Shown here: positions 1 through 10,351 of the stretch, one piece after another
How the letters are laid out: each line of letters opens with the position of its first letter
How positions within the stretch are numbered: the first letter of the stretch is position 1
Source of the DNA: a bacterium
Lineage (GTDB): Bacteria > Patescibacteriota > Patescibacteriia > JAGPKW01
Direction: 5' to 3'
Assembly (NCBI GenBank): GCA_021780535.1
Contig: JAJXYN010000009.1
Span: 5,631-69,630 of the forward strand
DNA: 64,000 nucleotides
Notes under the pieces: model-generated
The model's database searches: none
What the model saw: the letters and a program-made list of their open reading frames with translations, nothing else
Told to the model about the DNA's origin: nothing
Position numbers and translations under genes: made by a program

Positions 1-1803
1 TTGTGTCATAGTAACACCTTGCCCAAAAGAGGCTGTTGCAAGATAAATATCACCTCCAGTACCTCCCATTTTATCTAAATTTCTCATATCTCCTTTAGCT
101 TCTGCACCTAATTCAATTCCTGTCTTTTGACCAAATCCAAAATTATTTACATAAGTTTTAAAATTATCCTTACCTACTTTGCTTGCAACATAGTAAGCTC
201 CAAGATTCAAAGATTTATCAAGCACATCAACCATGCCAGTTACGCCATGAGCACCGACTGTTGAATTATCAGCATTACATATAGGCTTTTTCCAATCACC
301 AATTTTAGCACACCCCGTATCTTCATAAGTAGAATACGCATTTATAACTCCTAAATCTATTCCTGCAGACATTGTCATAACTTTCATAACAGAACCGAAT
401 TCTACTTGATCTGAGACTATAGGATTATTATACAAAGACATATCACTAACTTGACCATATTTATTAGCATCAAACGTAGGATTATTACACATAGCTAAAA
501 CATCTCCTGTTTTTGGATTCATTACAAGTATTGATCCACCTTCTGCTTGATAAAGCTTTACAGCATCATCAAGCTCCTTACAAACATCATATTGGATAGA
601 TTTATCTATTGTCAAAACTAAACTAGTTCCATTTTTGGCTTCTTGTACGCTTCTATCTGCTGTTGCTATAAGTTTTCCAGATGAATCATATTTTCCGGTA
701 ATCTTACCGTCTATACCTTTCAAATCTTTATCAAAATATCCTTCTACACCATAAACACCCTCTCCGTATTTATCAGATTTTATTGAACCATCTTGTAATG
801 TGGTTTCTTTTTCTTTTATTTTTAAAAATCCTGTTATCTGACTAAAAATATTAGAATCCACATACAATCTGCTTTCATTTTTTTCAAATGTTAAAAAATT
901 TTTATAAAAATTTTTTATTTGAGATTCTTTCGTTTGGCTATTTAATGATGAAATATAAGCACTAAATGTACTATAATATAAATCTTGAAAATAACTTGAT
1001 ATCTTTTGCATTTGGTCTTCTTCAATATCTTTTTTTATTACTTCATAACCATTATTTTCTTTTGTTATTTTAGAATATATATCCTCTCTTGCGGTTTTTA
1101 ATAAATCTAAATTTTTTTTGGTTTCATCATCAATTTTTAAAGCCATATTAATACCAAAAAGAGAATCCTCTAAAGTTTTTTTTGTTTTTTGATTTTTTGT
1201 AATTTTAATTTTTTGTTCTGTTTCTGTTTTTTGATCTGATAATGTTTTCAATTTCAATTCTTGATCTTTTAGTTTATATAAATCTGGATATAGAATTTCT
1301 AATAACTTATCCGTTGTCGTGTCTGGATTGTTTAATAAAACTAATTTATTTTCTATTTCTGCTTTTTCTACAACCGTACTATTCCCAAGTATATTAAACA
1401 TTTCATCAGACATTTTACCATAATTATAAAGCATCCGAGGATTAAATATAATATTATATTTATAAACATTTACTGCTATTTTGTCTAATTTATCAATATT
1501 TGATGCATTATAAGTTTTTATTGATTTTAAATCTACATTTTTATCAGAAATAACATATATCTCTCCCCTTTTTGCTGGTATTTTTTCAATCATATCTTGA
1601 TATTGGCTTGCTTCAACTTTATAATCATTATATTTTATTATTTGCATAAAAAATAGCCTTCCTGCAATTACCATAAATATAAATAACAAAAAGACTTTAA
1701 AAACAAGAATTCTATTAATTCCAAAATTAACTTCTATATTTCCAAAAATAGACTCACTATTTTTTTTACTTGATTTTAAAAATGATTTTTTTTGATAATG
1801 CAT
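1..1803 (-). CDS. ftsI: Penicillin-binding protein transpeptidase (FtsI/PBP2-like); the C-terminus runs off the window start
   Basis: Continuous minus-strand frame from ATG at 1803-1801 to position 1 with no stops. Not in the ORF track because it is truncated. Translation has an N-terminal TM anchor and a GSVMK (SxxK) active-site motif, and lies in the mraZ-rsmH-ftsL-ftsI dcw order. Confidence 0.7.
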   Translation of the reverse strand, partial: MHYQKKSFLKSSKKNSESIFGNIEVNFGINRILVFKVFLLFIFMVIAGRLFFMQIIKYNDYKVEASQYQDMIEKIPAKRGEIYVISDKNVDLKSIKTYNASNIDKLDKIAVNVYKYNIIFNPRMLYNYGKMSDEMFNILGNSTVVEKAEIENKLVLLNNPDTTTDKLLEILYPDLYKLKDQELKLKTLSDQKTETEQKIKITKNQKTKKTLEDSLFGINMALKIDDETKKNLDLLKTAREDIYSKITKENNGYEVIKKDIEEDQMQKISSYFQDLYYSTFSAYISSLNSQTKESQIKNFYKNFLTFEKNESRLYVDSNIFSQITGFLKIKEKETTLQDGSIKSDKYGEGVYGVEGYFDKDLKGIDGKITGKYDSSGKLIATADRSVQEAKNGTSLVLTIDKSIQYDVCKELDDAVKLYQAEGGSILVMNPKTGDVLAMCNNPTFDANKYGQVSDMSLYNNPIVSDQVEFGSVMKVMTMSAGIDLGVINAYSTYEDTGCAKIGDWKKPICNADNSTVGAHGVTGMVDVLDKSLNLGAYYVASKVGKDNFKTYVNNFGFGQKTGIELGAEAKGDMRNLDKMGGTGGDIYLATASFGQGVTMTQ

Positions 1804-2143
1804 AATCTAAAAACAAAAGCTAAAACATTTTGTATTAATTAATTGTTAGTTTATTTTATCACATTATACACATCTGCGAAACCCTCCTTTGCCAAATTAT
1901 TTGCATGAAGTTTTGGATATTAAAAAATATTTTAGCAATAAAAATAAAAACACCAAGGGACAAACTTGATGTTTTTGGCACGACAAACGTAAATTAAGCT
2001 ATTTTTAATATCTACTTTTATAATTTAATATAAAAATACATTTGTATTACTTTTTGTTTTGGTTAGATATGTAAATTAGCTTTTAAAGAGAGATTAAACT
2101 TTTTAAAGAAATTAATCTCCTACTAAAAACAAATTACTTTTAA

Positions 2144-2458
2144 TTATTTCATAGCAACACTTGGCATTGAATCTATGTAATCTATTTTATCAACCTTGAC
2201 CATTTTTTTTGCTTCTCCAAATTGCTCTATAGATGCCATATTTGTAACATTTGATAATTCAAGTGTTAATTTTTTATTTTCTTCTTCTAATGTTTTAATA
2301 TTTTTTTCAACTTCAGATATTTTAAATCCAGAAACTGATAATTTACTCATACTAATCATATATGTTGAAAACCCAATAAATATAAGCACCCACATAAAAA
2401 CCATAACTGTTACTTTTTTACTTAAAATGATTTTTCTATATTTTTCTACTTGATCCAT
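2144..2458 (-). CDS. ftsL: Small bitopic coiled-coil membrane protein, FtsL-like cell division protein
   Basis: 104 aa with a single TM helix (VMVFMWVLIFIGFSTYMI) followed by a lysine/glutamate-rich coiled coil. Sits between rsmH and ftsI as in canonical dcw clusters. Confidence 0.45.
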   Translation of the reverse strand: MDQVEKYRKIILSKKVTVMVFMWVLIFIGFSTYMISMSKLSVSGFKISEVEKNIKTLEEENKKLTLELSNVTNMASIEQFGEAKKMVKVDKIDYIDSMPSVAMK

Positions 2459-2478
2459 TTTTTTTTATTAGCTTTTTG

Positions 2479-3417
2479 TTATATTTTTTCTATAATTCTT
2501 AACTTAGAACTTCTAGATCTTGGATTATCTTTTATTTCTTCGTCGCTTGGAATTATAGGTTTTTTATTTACTAATTTTATTTTCTTTTTGTGATTACATA
2601 TACATATCGGAATATCTGGATCACACAAACAGTCTGTAGATTCTTTTTTAAAGAAATTTTTTACTATCCTATCTTCTAGAGAATGGAATGTTATTATGGC
2701 TAATCTACCACCACTCTTTAGAGAATTTATTGCGTCTGGCAATACATTTTCTAGATTCTCAAGTTCATGATTAACTTCTATTCTTAAAGATTGAAATACT
2801 TTAGTTGCTGGATGTATTTTATCTTTAGATGTTCTTTTTTTTGCTTTTAGTATTACCCTTACCAAATCATCTGTCGTTTTAATTTGTTTTATTTTTCTTT
2901 CTTCAATGATTTTTTTTGCTATATAATATGCTTTTTCTTCCTCTCCATAATCCCTAAATATTTTTATTAATTCTTCAATAGAATAATTATTAACTATATA
3001 TTCAGCATTAAATTTTTCTTTTCCAGAAAAAGACATATCTAATGGATTATTCCCCTTGAAACTAAACCCTCTAGTCTCATCATCTAACTCATAAGACGAT
3101 AATCCTAAATCCATTAATACCCCATCAACCTCTTTTATTTTAATATTTTCTAAATTTTCTTTTAAATTTACAAAGTTGTCATTAATTAAAATATAATCTT
3201 TTTGTTCTTTGTAATCAGCTAAAATCTTTTTTGCATTTTTGATTGAAGCTGGATCAAGATCAAAAGCTATCAACTTTCCTTTTGGTGAAATATTATCCAA
3301 AATTGCTTTTGAATGACCAGCCCCACCAAGAGTACAGTCAACTATCTTTTGTCCTTGCTTCAAATTCAATCCCTCTATACATTCATTAAATAATACCGAA
3401 ATGTGTTTGTATTCCAT
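2479..3417 (-). CDS. rsmH: 16S rRNA (cytosine1402-N4)-methyltransferase RsmH/MraW
   Basis: GGAGHS motif (TLGGAGHSKAIL), SAM-MTase fold, immediately downstream of mraZ. Confidence 0.9.
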   Translation of the reverse strand: MEYKHISVLFNECIEGLNLKQGQKIVDCTLGGAGHSKAILDNISPKGKLIAFDLDPASIKNAKKILADYKEQKDYILINDNFVNLKENLENIKIKEVDGVLMDLGLSSYELDDETRGFSFKGNNPLDMSFSGKEKFNAEYIVNNYSIEELIKIFRDYGEEEKAYYIAKKIIEERKIKQIKTTDDLVRVILKAKKRTSKDKIHPATKVFQSLRIEVNHELENLENVLPDAINSLKSGGRLAIITFHSLEDRIVKNFFKKESTDCLCDPDIPICICNHKKKIKLVNKKPIIPSDEEIKDNPRSRSSKLRIIEKI

Positions 3418-3461
3418 AATTATTTATCTGGACACATTATAATGTGTCCTTATATTATTTA

Positions 3462-3893
3462 TTAAATGCCTAAACCTTCCATTGATTCTGCTATTTCTTC
3501 TGTTTTACCAGACATTTCTTTTTCGTGTTTATTCCATATTACTTCATCCCATATTTCTATTCTTTCAGCAACACCAGCCACTACAACATTTTTTTCCAAC
3601 TTAGCAAATTCTCTTAAATATTCTGGCAATATTACTCTTCCTTGGCCATCAATTTCTAAATCCATAGCTCCACTTGTCATATGTCTTTTAAATTCTCTAG
3701 CGTTCTTATTTGTAAGAGGAAGAGAATTTAATTTTATAGACATTTTCTCCCATTCTGAGTTTGTATAAATAAATAAACAACCATCAAGTCCCTTTGTAAT
3801 CACCAAACCTTTTTCAAGTTCGCCTCTAAATTTTTTTGGAACAGAGAGACGTCCCTTTTCGTCAATTGTATGATGATATTCACCAATAAACAT
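3462..3893 (-). CDS. mraZ: Transcriptional regulator MraZ
   Basis: 143 aa with two MraZ/SpoVT-AbrB-like repeats (MFIGEYHHTIDEKGRLSVPKKFR ... ). First gene of the dcw cluster. Confidence 0.9.
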   Translation of the reverse strand: MFIGEYHHTIDEKGRLSVPKKFRGELEKGLVITKGLDGCLFIYTNSEWEKMSIKLNSLPLTNKNAREFKRHMTSGAMDLEIDGQGRVILPEYLREFAKLEKNVVVAGVAERIEIWDEVIWNKHEKEMSGKTEEIAESMEGLGI

Positions 3894-3918
3894 TGCTTTT
3901 TGTTAATTATTTAATTTC

Positions 3919-3948
3919 CCACTTTTTACCACCTTTTACCACATTGGT
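3919..3948 (-). promoter_or_regulatory. Putative MraZ operator: three GTGG(G/T) direct repeats at 10-bp spacing upstream of mraZ
   Basis: On the mraZ sense strand this reads tGTGGtaaaagGTGGtaaaaaGTGGGaaa, 26-55 bp upstream of the mraZ ATG. It matches the known 10-bp-spaced GTGGG direct-repeat architecture bound by MraZ in E. coli and other bacteria. Confidence 0.5.
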
Positions 3949-4103
3949 TCCATTATACTACTTTTTTAGCATCATAACAACACATATAATCCACAATTTT
4001 TATAATTTTACACAATAAAAAAATACCTAATAATAGGCATTTTTAATTTAATTGTTACTAAATTGTTATTAAAAAAGTGACTTTTCTGTGGATAACTTCA
4101 ATT

Positions 4104-7100
4104 TTACGCCCCGATTCCCCTGTTATTTGATTTTTCTTTTTTATGAAAATACCTCATTACATCACCATATCTTTTTGATTCTTTATATCTCTTTATTAGA
4201 TCAATATTTTCTAGAAATTTTGTTATTTCAATATAATCAGATTTTTCTTTATAATTAACCATTGACACTATTGTTTTAAAAAATCCTTCAAAATCTTCTT
4301 TAGCCGATCTGGTATATTCTTGATCTTCTGGTAATTTTCTCGCTAATGCGAGCATCCCCCATAGTAGTCCCATTATTACATTATCTTGTTTTTTAACTAT
4401 TGGTGGAGATGCTAAAATACCAGTTGCTATAAGATTTTTATTTGTTCCATATGTTGTTATTCCTGAATCTTTGTATCTTATTTCGTCTATCCATGTCTTA
4501 CCATCTTGATTTGTCATATAGACTATTTCTACTGGTTTATCGTCTAACATCGTAAGAAATGTTTCTGATATTATTTTTCCAAAATATGAAGTATCTTCAA
4601 ACACATCTCTACTAACAAAGTCTGATTTAAAATTAGGGATTAAAGAATTTGGGCATTTTAGTTTATCAAGTCTAAGAATGTTAAAAATATTTACTTTAAA
4701 TTCTTCAAGTGTTTTAACAATACCAATTTCATCTAATCTTTTTTTCCAATGAATCATTGCTTCTGTATCAAAATACCAAAATGATGAAATACTTGACGGA
4801 CTATCTATTTTTATTTCTTGTTCAATAGTATAAGAACCTAGCGTATATGGGTTTTGTTTTTTGGTTTTAACGTCAACTAAGCTAAATAGGTTATTTATAA
4901 CATCTCCTACTAAATCACCACTTAAATCTTCTTCATAACTTATATCTTCCACTTCTTGTTTTTTTATTTCTTCTATTTTACTTAATATTTTTGGATGTAA
5001 TTTTTCTATTTGGACACCTTCTGTTACTTCCAAGCTAGCCTCATCACCTTCTATTTTTAATAACCCTTTCCCAAAAAATTTTGTTTCTTTTGAAATATAT
5101 GCCCTAAATCTATCAACCCCTATTTCGTTTATAGATATTAATCTTGGATATACATTTTTTCCATCATCAACATAACACAAAATAATATCGTCTTTTCCTT
5201 TTTCTTTTAATAAACTAGAAAAATAAAATATTTTCCCATCAATCTCTAAAGAAGAAGTTGGTTTAAGAACTTCACTAGAAGATAACAATTGAAAGGTTTG
5301 AACATTTTGCCTAAAAGATATTAAATTTTTAGAAATATCACTTAATCTTTGAAATAGAGTCTTATAATTATTATCAAAACTATATGTTGAAATTCTATCT
5401 ATACAAAATTCTGAATAATTTTTGAGAAGATTTTTATCATTTAAAAAGTCTAATTGCCCCATTGAATTGTCTAAAAACGGACCAGCTACAACCTCCTCGA
5501 CTATGTCTTTAGTTTCGCTCTCTACTACCTCTATCGTGCTCTCTTTTTTCTTAGCTACGTCTTCTTTTTTTGTTGCTTTAATTTTTTCTATTATTTCATT
5601 ATACAAAGCCTCATTAATAATACTTTTTTTATCAATTTTAATAAGCATTCCTCTTATTTTTATAATTCCATTTGCTTTTAGCTTATCCATAAATTCTTTA
5701 TCAAATTCTGGATATTTTTCTCCAAATAAAGAAATAAAAAATACCTTACCATCTCCTGTGTAATTTATATATCCATCAAATCCGTTACAAATTAATAAAT
5801 CTGTCAAACTTTTAGTAAAAGGAGTATTTTTTTGTACAAAAATCTTCCCAAAATTATCTGAATTAATTATGTTTTCTGGCTTAATTTTATATTTTTCAAA
5901 TTGTTTTATTAATTCATTATGTTCAATAAATAATTGAATCTTTCTACTTTTGCTAATTAACCAACCTAAACCAGTTCTTTTTTCTAATTCTAATTGAATG
6001 TCTCTAGCATTTAATCCAGATTGTTTTAGTTTTAATTTTTCTTCAAAATATACTTCTTCTAATCTAATAATATAATCTGGAAATATTACATCTCTTCCTT
6101 CTAATTCTGTTTCAAATTGTTTCTTATACTGTAAAATTAGATCATTATCTGTAATATTTATTAATCCAATTTCTATCAATTCTTCATCTGTTAGTTCTAT
6201 AAATTCTAAAGGTATTCTTGGATTGTTATGAAAATATTTTTCTTTAAGACTATTACAATTTAAAATTTTTTCTAAATTATTTGGATTAATAAATTTTGTA
6301 TATCCGTATAATTTTTTGTGCGATATGTTAAAATCATGGGGAGACATTTTAAAATCACCGTAATCTTCAAATTTATAATATTTATCGTCTTCTCTATTTA
6401 TGAATCTAACAATTTCTTTAATGAATGCAAAATTCTTTTTTGTTAATATATTCACTCCTTCATATTTTAATGGATTTTCTTTTTTTAATTTATCCAAATC
6501 ATTTATTAACCCCAATTTCAACATAAGAGAGAACATTTGTCTTGTAGCACAATTGCCTTTTGTTGATTCTTGACCATGATGATCTAATGTTGACATCATA
6601 TATTTTGAGTCATATCTTGGCCCAGTTGTCTTAAAAATATTTAATCCATCCATTTGAGATAAATCTGAAACTAAAACTTTTGGCAAATTTGCCAAGACGT
6701 CTTCATTTATACTACCATCTTCATTCAAATATTTTGTAAAATTATTTTTGTAAAAAATACTTCCATCATCTGTTTTATTTTCACCTTTTTCATTTATTTG
6801 TTCATAATTAAACTTTGAAAAATTTAATCCTACTATTTTACATAAAAATAAAACACCTTTTGCATCTAAATCCATTTTTTCATGGACAGCAATACCAGTG
6901 AACGCTTCTTTTATCTCATCCATAAAAGCTTTTCTTCTTTCTCTTTTTGGCAATTTTGAAATATTTTTTAAATGATCTTCATATTTTTTTCTTTCTTCTG
7001 GATCTTTTATGGTCTTTGCCTTTTGCTGAAATAAAAATATTGCAAATTCAAAAGGAGCAAATTTAGATTTAATAATTTCAAACTTCCCAAATTCTTCTTT

Positions 7101-7985
7101 TTTTTCTAACTTTTCAGACTCAATTGGAGTTTCTTTAGGAATTTCTTTATCTTTTTTTAAATCATTATCAACCACTATAGATAACGACATTAATTCTTTT
7201 TCTAGTTTATCTTTTAATTCTTTTTTTGGATTTCCAGCTAATACTACTTTTCCAATTTTTGTTTTTTTTAATTCCAATATTAAAAGATCTATCTCTTTGT
7301 CTTCAAAATCTTCTAAATTTAATTTTATAATAAAACCCGCCTTATCAATTATGCTCAAATAATTTTTTAAAAAACTAAAAATCCCTCTAGCTTCTTTTTC
7401 TTCATTGGTTTTTTTATCTTTAAACTTATATTTTTTACAAAAATAACTAAGATCAATCTTATTTAATTTTGATTCTTGTATTAATTTTATAAGTAAATTT
7501 TTTACATCTGGCCCAATATCCCTCTTTTTAGTATTTTTTATGTAATCTATAACAAAAAAATCGTCTTCTATATGTGATTTAAAAATATTTTTTCCACTAA
7601 TCTTACCATCTAGCCCATATTTCTTTATTAGATCTTCAATATTTTCTTTATTTTCTTTTATAGATTCTTCTTTTTTACTTGTATCATCCGGTATTTCTCC
7701 GTCATATTCATATATGTATCCAGAAACTTTATTTATTTTATAATTTTTTGGCTTTTCTTGAATATTATCTTTTTTTTCTTCTTGTTCAACATTAATACCA
7801 TACCTTTCTATAAAAGTATTTTTTAAATTGTCTGTCTCTATTCTATCTATTTTAGAACCTATCACTCTGCCTACAGCAGTTTCTATACCACCTGCTTTTT
7901 CTAAATCTATTGATAGTCTATCTAATTCTGACATGCCAGAATATTTTTCTTTTTTTGAATTTTTTTTAAAAAAATCTAAACCCAT
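4104..7985 (-). CDS. Giant (1293 aa) lysine/glutamate-rich soluble protein, function unknown
   Basis: Single uninterrupted ORF with no TM helices or signal peptide. No motif I can assign to a known family, only a possible cysteine-centred motif (TKGNCATRQ). Confidence 0.75.
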   Translation of the reverse strand: MGLDFFKKNSKKEKYSGMSELDRLSIDLEKAGGIETAVGRVIGSKIDRIETDNLKNTFIERYGINVEQEEKKDNIQEKPKNYKINKVSGYIYEYDGEIPDDTSKKEESIKENKENIEDLIKKYGLDGKISGKNIFKSHIEDDFFVIDYIKNTKKRDIGPDVKNLLIKLIQESKLNKIDLSYFCKKYKFKDKKTNEEKEARGIFSFLKNYLSIIDKAGFIIKLNLEDFEDKEIDLLILELKKTKIGKVVLAGNPKKELKDKLEKELMSLSIVVDNDLKKDKEIPKETPIESEKLEKKEEFGKFEIIKSKFAPFEFAIFLFQQKAKTIKDPEERKKYEDHLKNISKLPKRERRKAFMDEIKEAFTGIAVHEKMDLDAKGVLFLCKIVGLNFSKFNYEQINEKGENKTDDGSIFYKNNFTKYLNEDGSINEDVLANLPKVLVSDLSQMDGLNIFKTTGPRYDSKYMMSTLDHHGQESTKGNCATRQMFSLMLKLGLINDLDKLKKENPLKYEGVNILTKKNFAFIKEIVRFINREDDKYYKFEDYGDFKMSPHDFNISHKKLYGYTKFINPNNLEKILNCNSLKEKYFHNNPRIPLEFIELTDEELIEIGLINITDNDLILQYKKQFETELEGRDVIFPDYIIRLEEVYFEEKLKLKQSGLNARDIQLELEKRTGLGWLISKSRKIQLFIEHNELIKQFEKYKIKPENIINSDNFGKIFVQKNTPFTKSLTDLLICNGFDGYINYTGDGKVFFISLFGEKYPEFDKEFMDKLKANGIIKIRGMLIKIDKKSIINEALYNEIIEKIKATKKEDVAKKKESTIEVVESETKDIVEEVVAGPFLDNSMGQLDFLNDKNLLKNYSEFCIDRISTYSFDNNYKTLFQRLSDISKNLISFRQNVQTFQLLSSSEVLKPTSSLEIDGKIFYFSSLLKEKGKDDIILCYVDDGKNVYPRLISINEIGVDRFRAYISKETKFFGKGLLKIEGDEASLEVTEGVQIEKLHPKILSKIEEIKKQEVEDISYEEDLSGDLVGDVINNLFSLVDVKTKKQNPYTLGSYTIEQEIKIDSPSSISSFWYFDTEAMIHWKKRLDEIGIVKTLEEFKVNIFNILRLDKLKCPNSLIPNFKSDFVSRDVFEDTSYFGKIISETFLTMLDDKPVEIVYMTNQDGKTWIDEIRYKDSGITTYGTNKNLIATGILASPPIVKKQDNVIMGLLWGMLALARKLPEDQEYTRSAKEDFEGFFKTIVSMVNYKEKSDYIEITKFLENIDLIKRYKESKRYGDVMRYFHKKEKSNNRGIGA

Positions 7986-7993
7986 TTTATTTT

Positions 7994-9331
7994 TTAATCT
8001 CTTAACACTTCCAATAATTCTTTTATATTGTTTACTTCTATTATCTTATCATTTTTTTCATTTTTATTTAATTTTGTTTTGGGGATAATTATTTTTGAAA
8101 ATCCCATTTTATTTATTTCTTTTATTCTAGATTCCATACTTGGCACCGATCTTATTTCTCCAGATAATCCTATCTCTCCAAATATACATATATTGCTAGC
8201 TATTTCTTTATTTAAATAGGCAGACATAATAGCTGAACAAACTGCTAGATCTATACCTGTGTCTTTCGGATTAACACCCCCTACAACATTTATATAGATA
8301 TCAAAATTAAATAACTCCAATCCTATTTTTTTGGTAAGAACCGCAATAATAACCTCTAATCTATTCATAGAAAATCCTGAAGTTGTTCTCTTTGGATATC
8401 CAAATGCTGTTTTTGAAATAAGAGCTTGTACTTCTATTAAAAATGGCCTCGTACCTTCTTGAATACAAGTTACTATATTGCCTTTTTCTTGGTTTTCTTT
8501 ATCCATAAATATTTCCATCGGATTTAAAACTTCGGATAATCCAGTTTCTTCCATAGAAAATATTCCAACTTCATTTGTATTGCCAAATCTATTTTTTATA
8601 GATCTTAATATTCTAAAATTTTTATATTTCTGAGCTTCAAAATATAAAACAACGTCAACCATATGTTCTAACATCTTCGGCCCACCAATCCCACCATCTT
8701 TTGTTATGTGCCCTATTATTATTATTGATATATTTAATCTTTTTGAAACTTCTAAAATCTTAGATGTGCATGCTTTTATTTGATTTGTAGAGCCAAGACT
8801 ATTATCTATTTCATTTGAGTATATTGTTTGTATAGAATCTATAATGACTAGCTTTGGTAAATTTTTTTCTATTGTTGCTATTATGTTTTCAACTACAATA
8901 TCGCCAGAAAATTTAATATTATCCGATTTGCAATCAAGTCTATCTAATCTACCTTTTATTTGTTCTTTTGTTTCCTCTCCTGAAACATACAAAACAAAAT
9001 CTTCATTTATTTTTGAAGCTATTTGCATAACAAGAGTTGACTTGCCTATTCCTGGTTGACCAGCTAGTAATATAAGAGACCCGGGCACTATGCCACCTCC
9101 AAAAACTAAATCAACTTCGTTTATATTTGTTTTTATTCTTTTTAAACTAGAAGAGTTGACTGTGGATAAATCTATAAGATCGGAAACTTTACTTTTTATA
9201 TCAGTTCCTTTTTTAGACCCTGTTGGTATTTTAGAAACTTCTTCTACCTCTGACAATTCCCAATTTCCACACTCATTACATCTTCCTTGCCATTTTTTAT
9301 ATTGGTAGCCACATTTTGTACATTCAAACAT
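7994..9331 (-). CDS. radA: DNA repair protein RadA/Sms
   Basis: N-terminal C4 zinc finger (CTKCGYQYKKWQGRCNECGNW), Walker A (GQPGIGKSTL), C-terminal Lon-protease-like domain. Confidence 0.9.
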   Translation of the reverse strand: MFECTKCGYQYKKWQGRCNECGNWELSEVEEVSKIPTGSKKGTDIKSKVSDLIDLSTVNSSSLKRIKTNINEVDLVFGGGIVPGSLILLAGQPGIGKSTLVMQIASKINEDFVLYVSGEETKEQIKGRLDRLDCKSDNIKFSGDIVVENIIATIEKNLPKLVIIDSIQTIYSNEIDNSLGSTNQIKACTSKILEVSKRLNISIIIIGHITKDGGIGGPKMLEHMVDVVLYFEAQKYKNFRILRSIKNRFGNTNEVGIFSMEETGLSEVLNPMEIFMDKENQEKGNIVTCIQEGTRPFLIEVQALISKTAFGYPKRTTSGFSMNRLEVIIAVLTKKIGLELFNFDIYINVVGGVNPKDTGIDLAVCSAIMSAYLNKEIASNICIFGEIGLSGEIRSVPSMESRIKEINKMGFSKIIIPKTKLNKNEKNDKIIEVNNIKELLEVLRD

Positions 9332-9424
9332 AAAAAAATGAGTTAAATTATTAAACTTAAACTATTTTACTTAATATTATTTTATATTTTATCATTTTTT
9401 AATTATTATTAATAATTAAAAATC

Positions 9425-9462
9425 CCCCAAAAACAATCAAATGTTTTTAGGGGGTATGCAGG
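9425..9462 (-). terminator. Rho-independent terminator after the 288-aa ORF (minus strand)
   Basis: Minus-sense CCCCCUAAAAACA...UGUUUUUGGGGG stem followed by AUUUUUAAUU. Confidence 0.5.
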
Positions 9463-9465
9463 CTC

Positions 9466-10332
9466 TTAGCTAGGCTTTTGCTTTACACTAAGAACCAACA
9501 TCTCTCTTTCTTTTAAAGATAAGGCACTTTGTAACCGTAATATTTCTTCATCTTTTTTCATAATTTCCCTTCTCATGTCGCTTATCTCTTTTTCTTTTTG
9601 AGAGGAAGAAATAATTATTCTGATAAAATCTATTTTATCATTATAAAATTTCTCTTTTACTAATAAATCTTTAATTATACTATCCCCTATATCTTTTGGG
9701 AAAAGTATTAAATCCCAGAAATTTATTGATTTTTGTGTGACGGCAGACTTTAAATAGAATGTTATTTGATTAATCAGTTGATCAGCATTAATTTTATAAC
9801 TAAATATATTCCCATTATTTTTCATTTCAAATACGTCATTCTTATTTTCTCCCAAATCTCCTAAATCAACACGAATAGAGTCCAAATAAGTAAAAGCTAC
9901 TGATTTGCTCACTCTTATTTTTGATCTAAGATTTTTATTACTTACAACATCTATTAACTTTTCTTTTGACAAACTTAAAATATTAAATATTCTCGTTGCT
10001 AATTGAAATTCCGCTAATTGGTTACTCGCTATCCTATCCTTTATTATTTTAACATTAATGTCATTCAAAAAATTGATTGATTTTCCAATTATCGCCAATA
10101 GACATTTGTAGAATAAAAATGGTTCGAAAAAAACAGCCACTTTATCGTGCATAACTCTTGACGAAATATCATTAAAAAATGAATATGAATTAAATATTGA
10201 TATATTTATAAAACCGTCAGGAGTGGCTGTCACTTCTATTCTTTGGTAGTCATCGGGATCGATCTCTGCCATACTCCCTCCTTTCAAAGAGTTTTTAGGA
10301 ACAAAAATATTAGTTGCTTTATTTAACAACAA
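9466..10332 (-). CDS. Hypothetical protein with C-terminal coiled coil
   Basis: 288-aa ORF. An internal ATG (MAEIDPDDYQ, near 10272) is preceded by AGGAGGGAG and may be the true start. No recognised domain. Confidence 0.55.
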   Translation of the reverse strand: MLLNKATNIFVPKNSLKGGSMAEIDPDDYQRIEVTATPDGFINISIFNSYSFFNDISSRVMHDKVAVFFEPFLFYKCLLAIIGKSINFLNDINVKIIKDRIASNQLAEFQLATRIFNILSLSKEKLIDVVSNKNLRSKIRVSKSVAFTYLDSIRVDLGDLGENKNDVFEMKNNGNIFSYKINADQLINQITFYLKSAVTQKSINFWDLILFPKDIGDSIIKDLLVKEKFYNDKIDFIRIIISSSQKEKEISDMRREIMKKDEEILRLQSALSLKEREMLVLSVKQKPS

Positions 10333-10351
10333 ATTTAATAAAAAGTCAATT

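Noticed and set aside
2196-9308. Short antisense ORFs 2196..2453, 3466..3768, 5422..5763, 7828..8088, 8028..8219, 8844..9059, 9090..9308
   Set aside because: Each is fully nested antisense within a strongly supported gene (ftsL, mraZ, the giant ORF, radA) and has a biased hydrophobic composition. No independent support.
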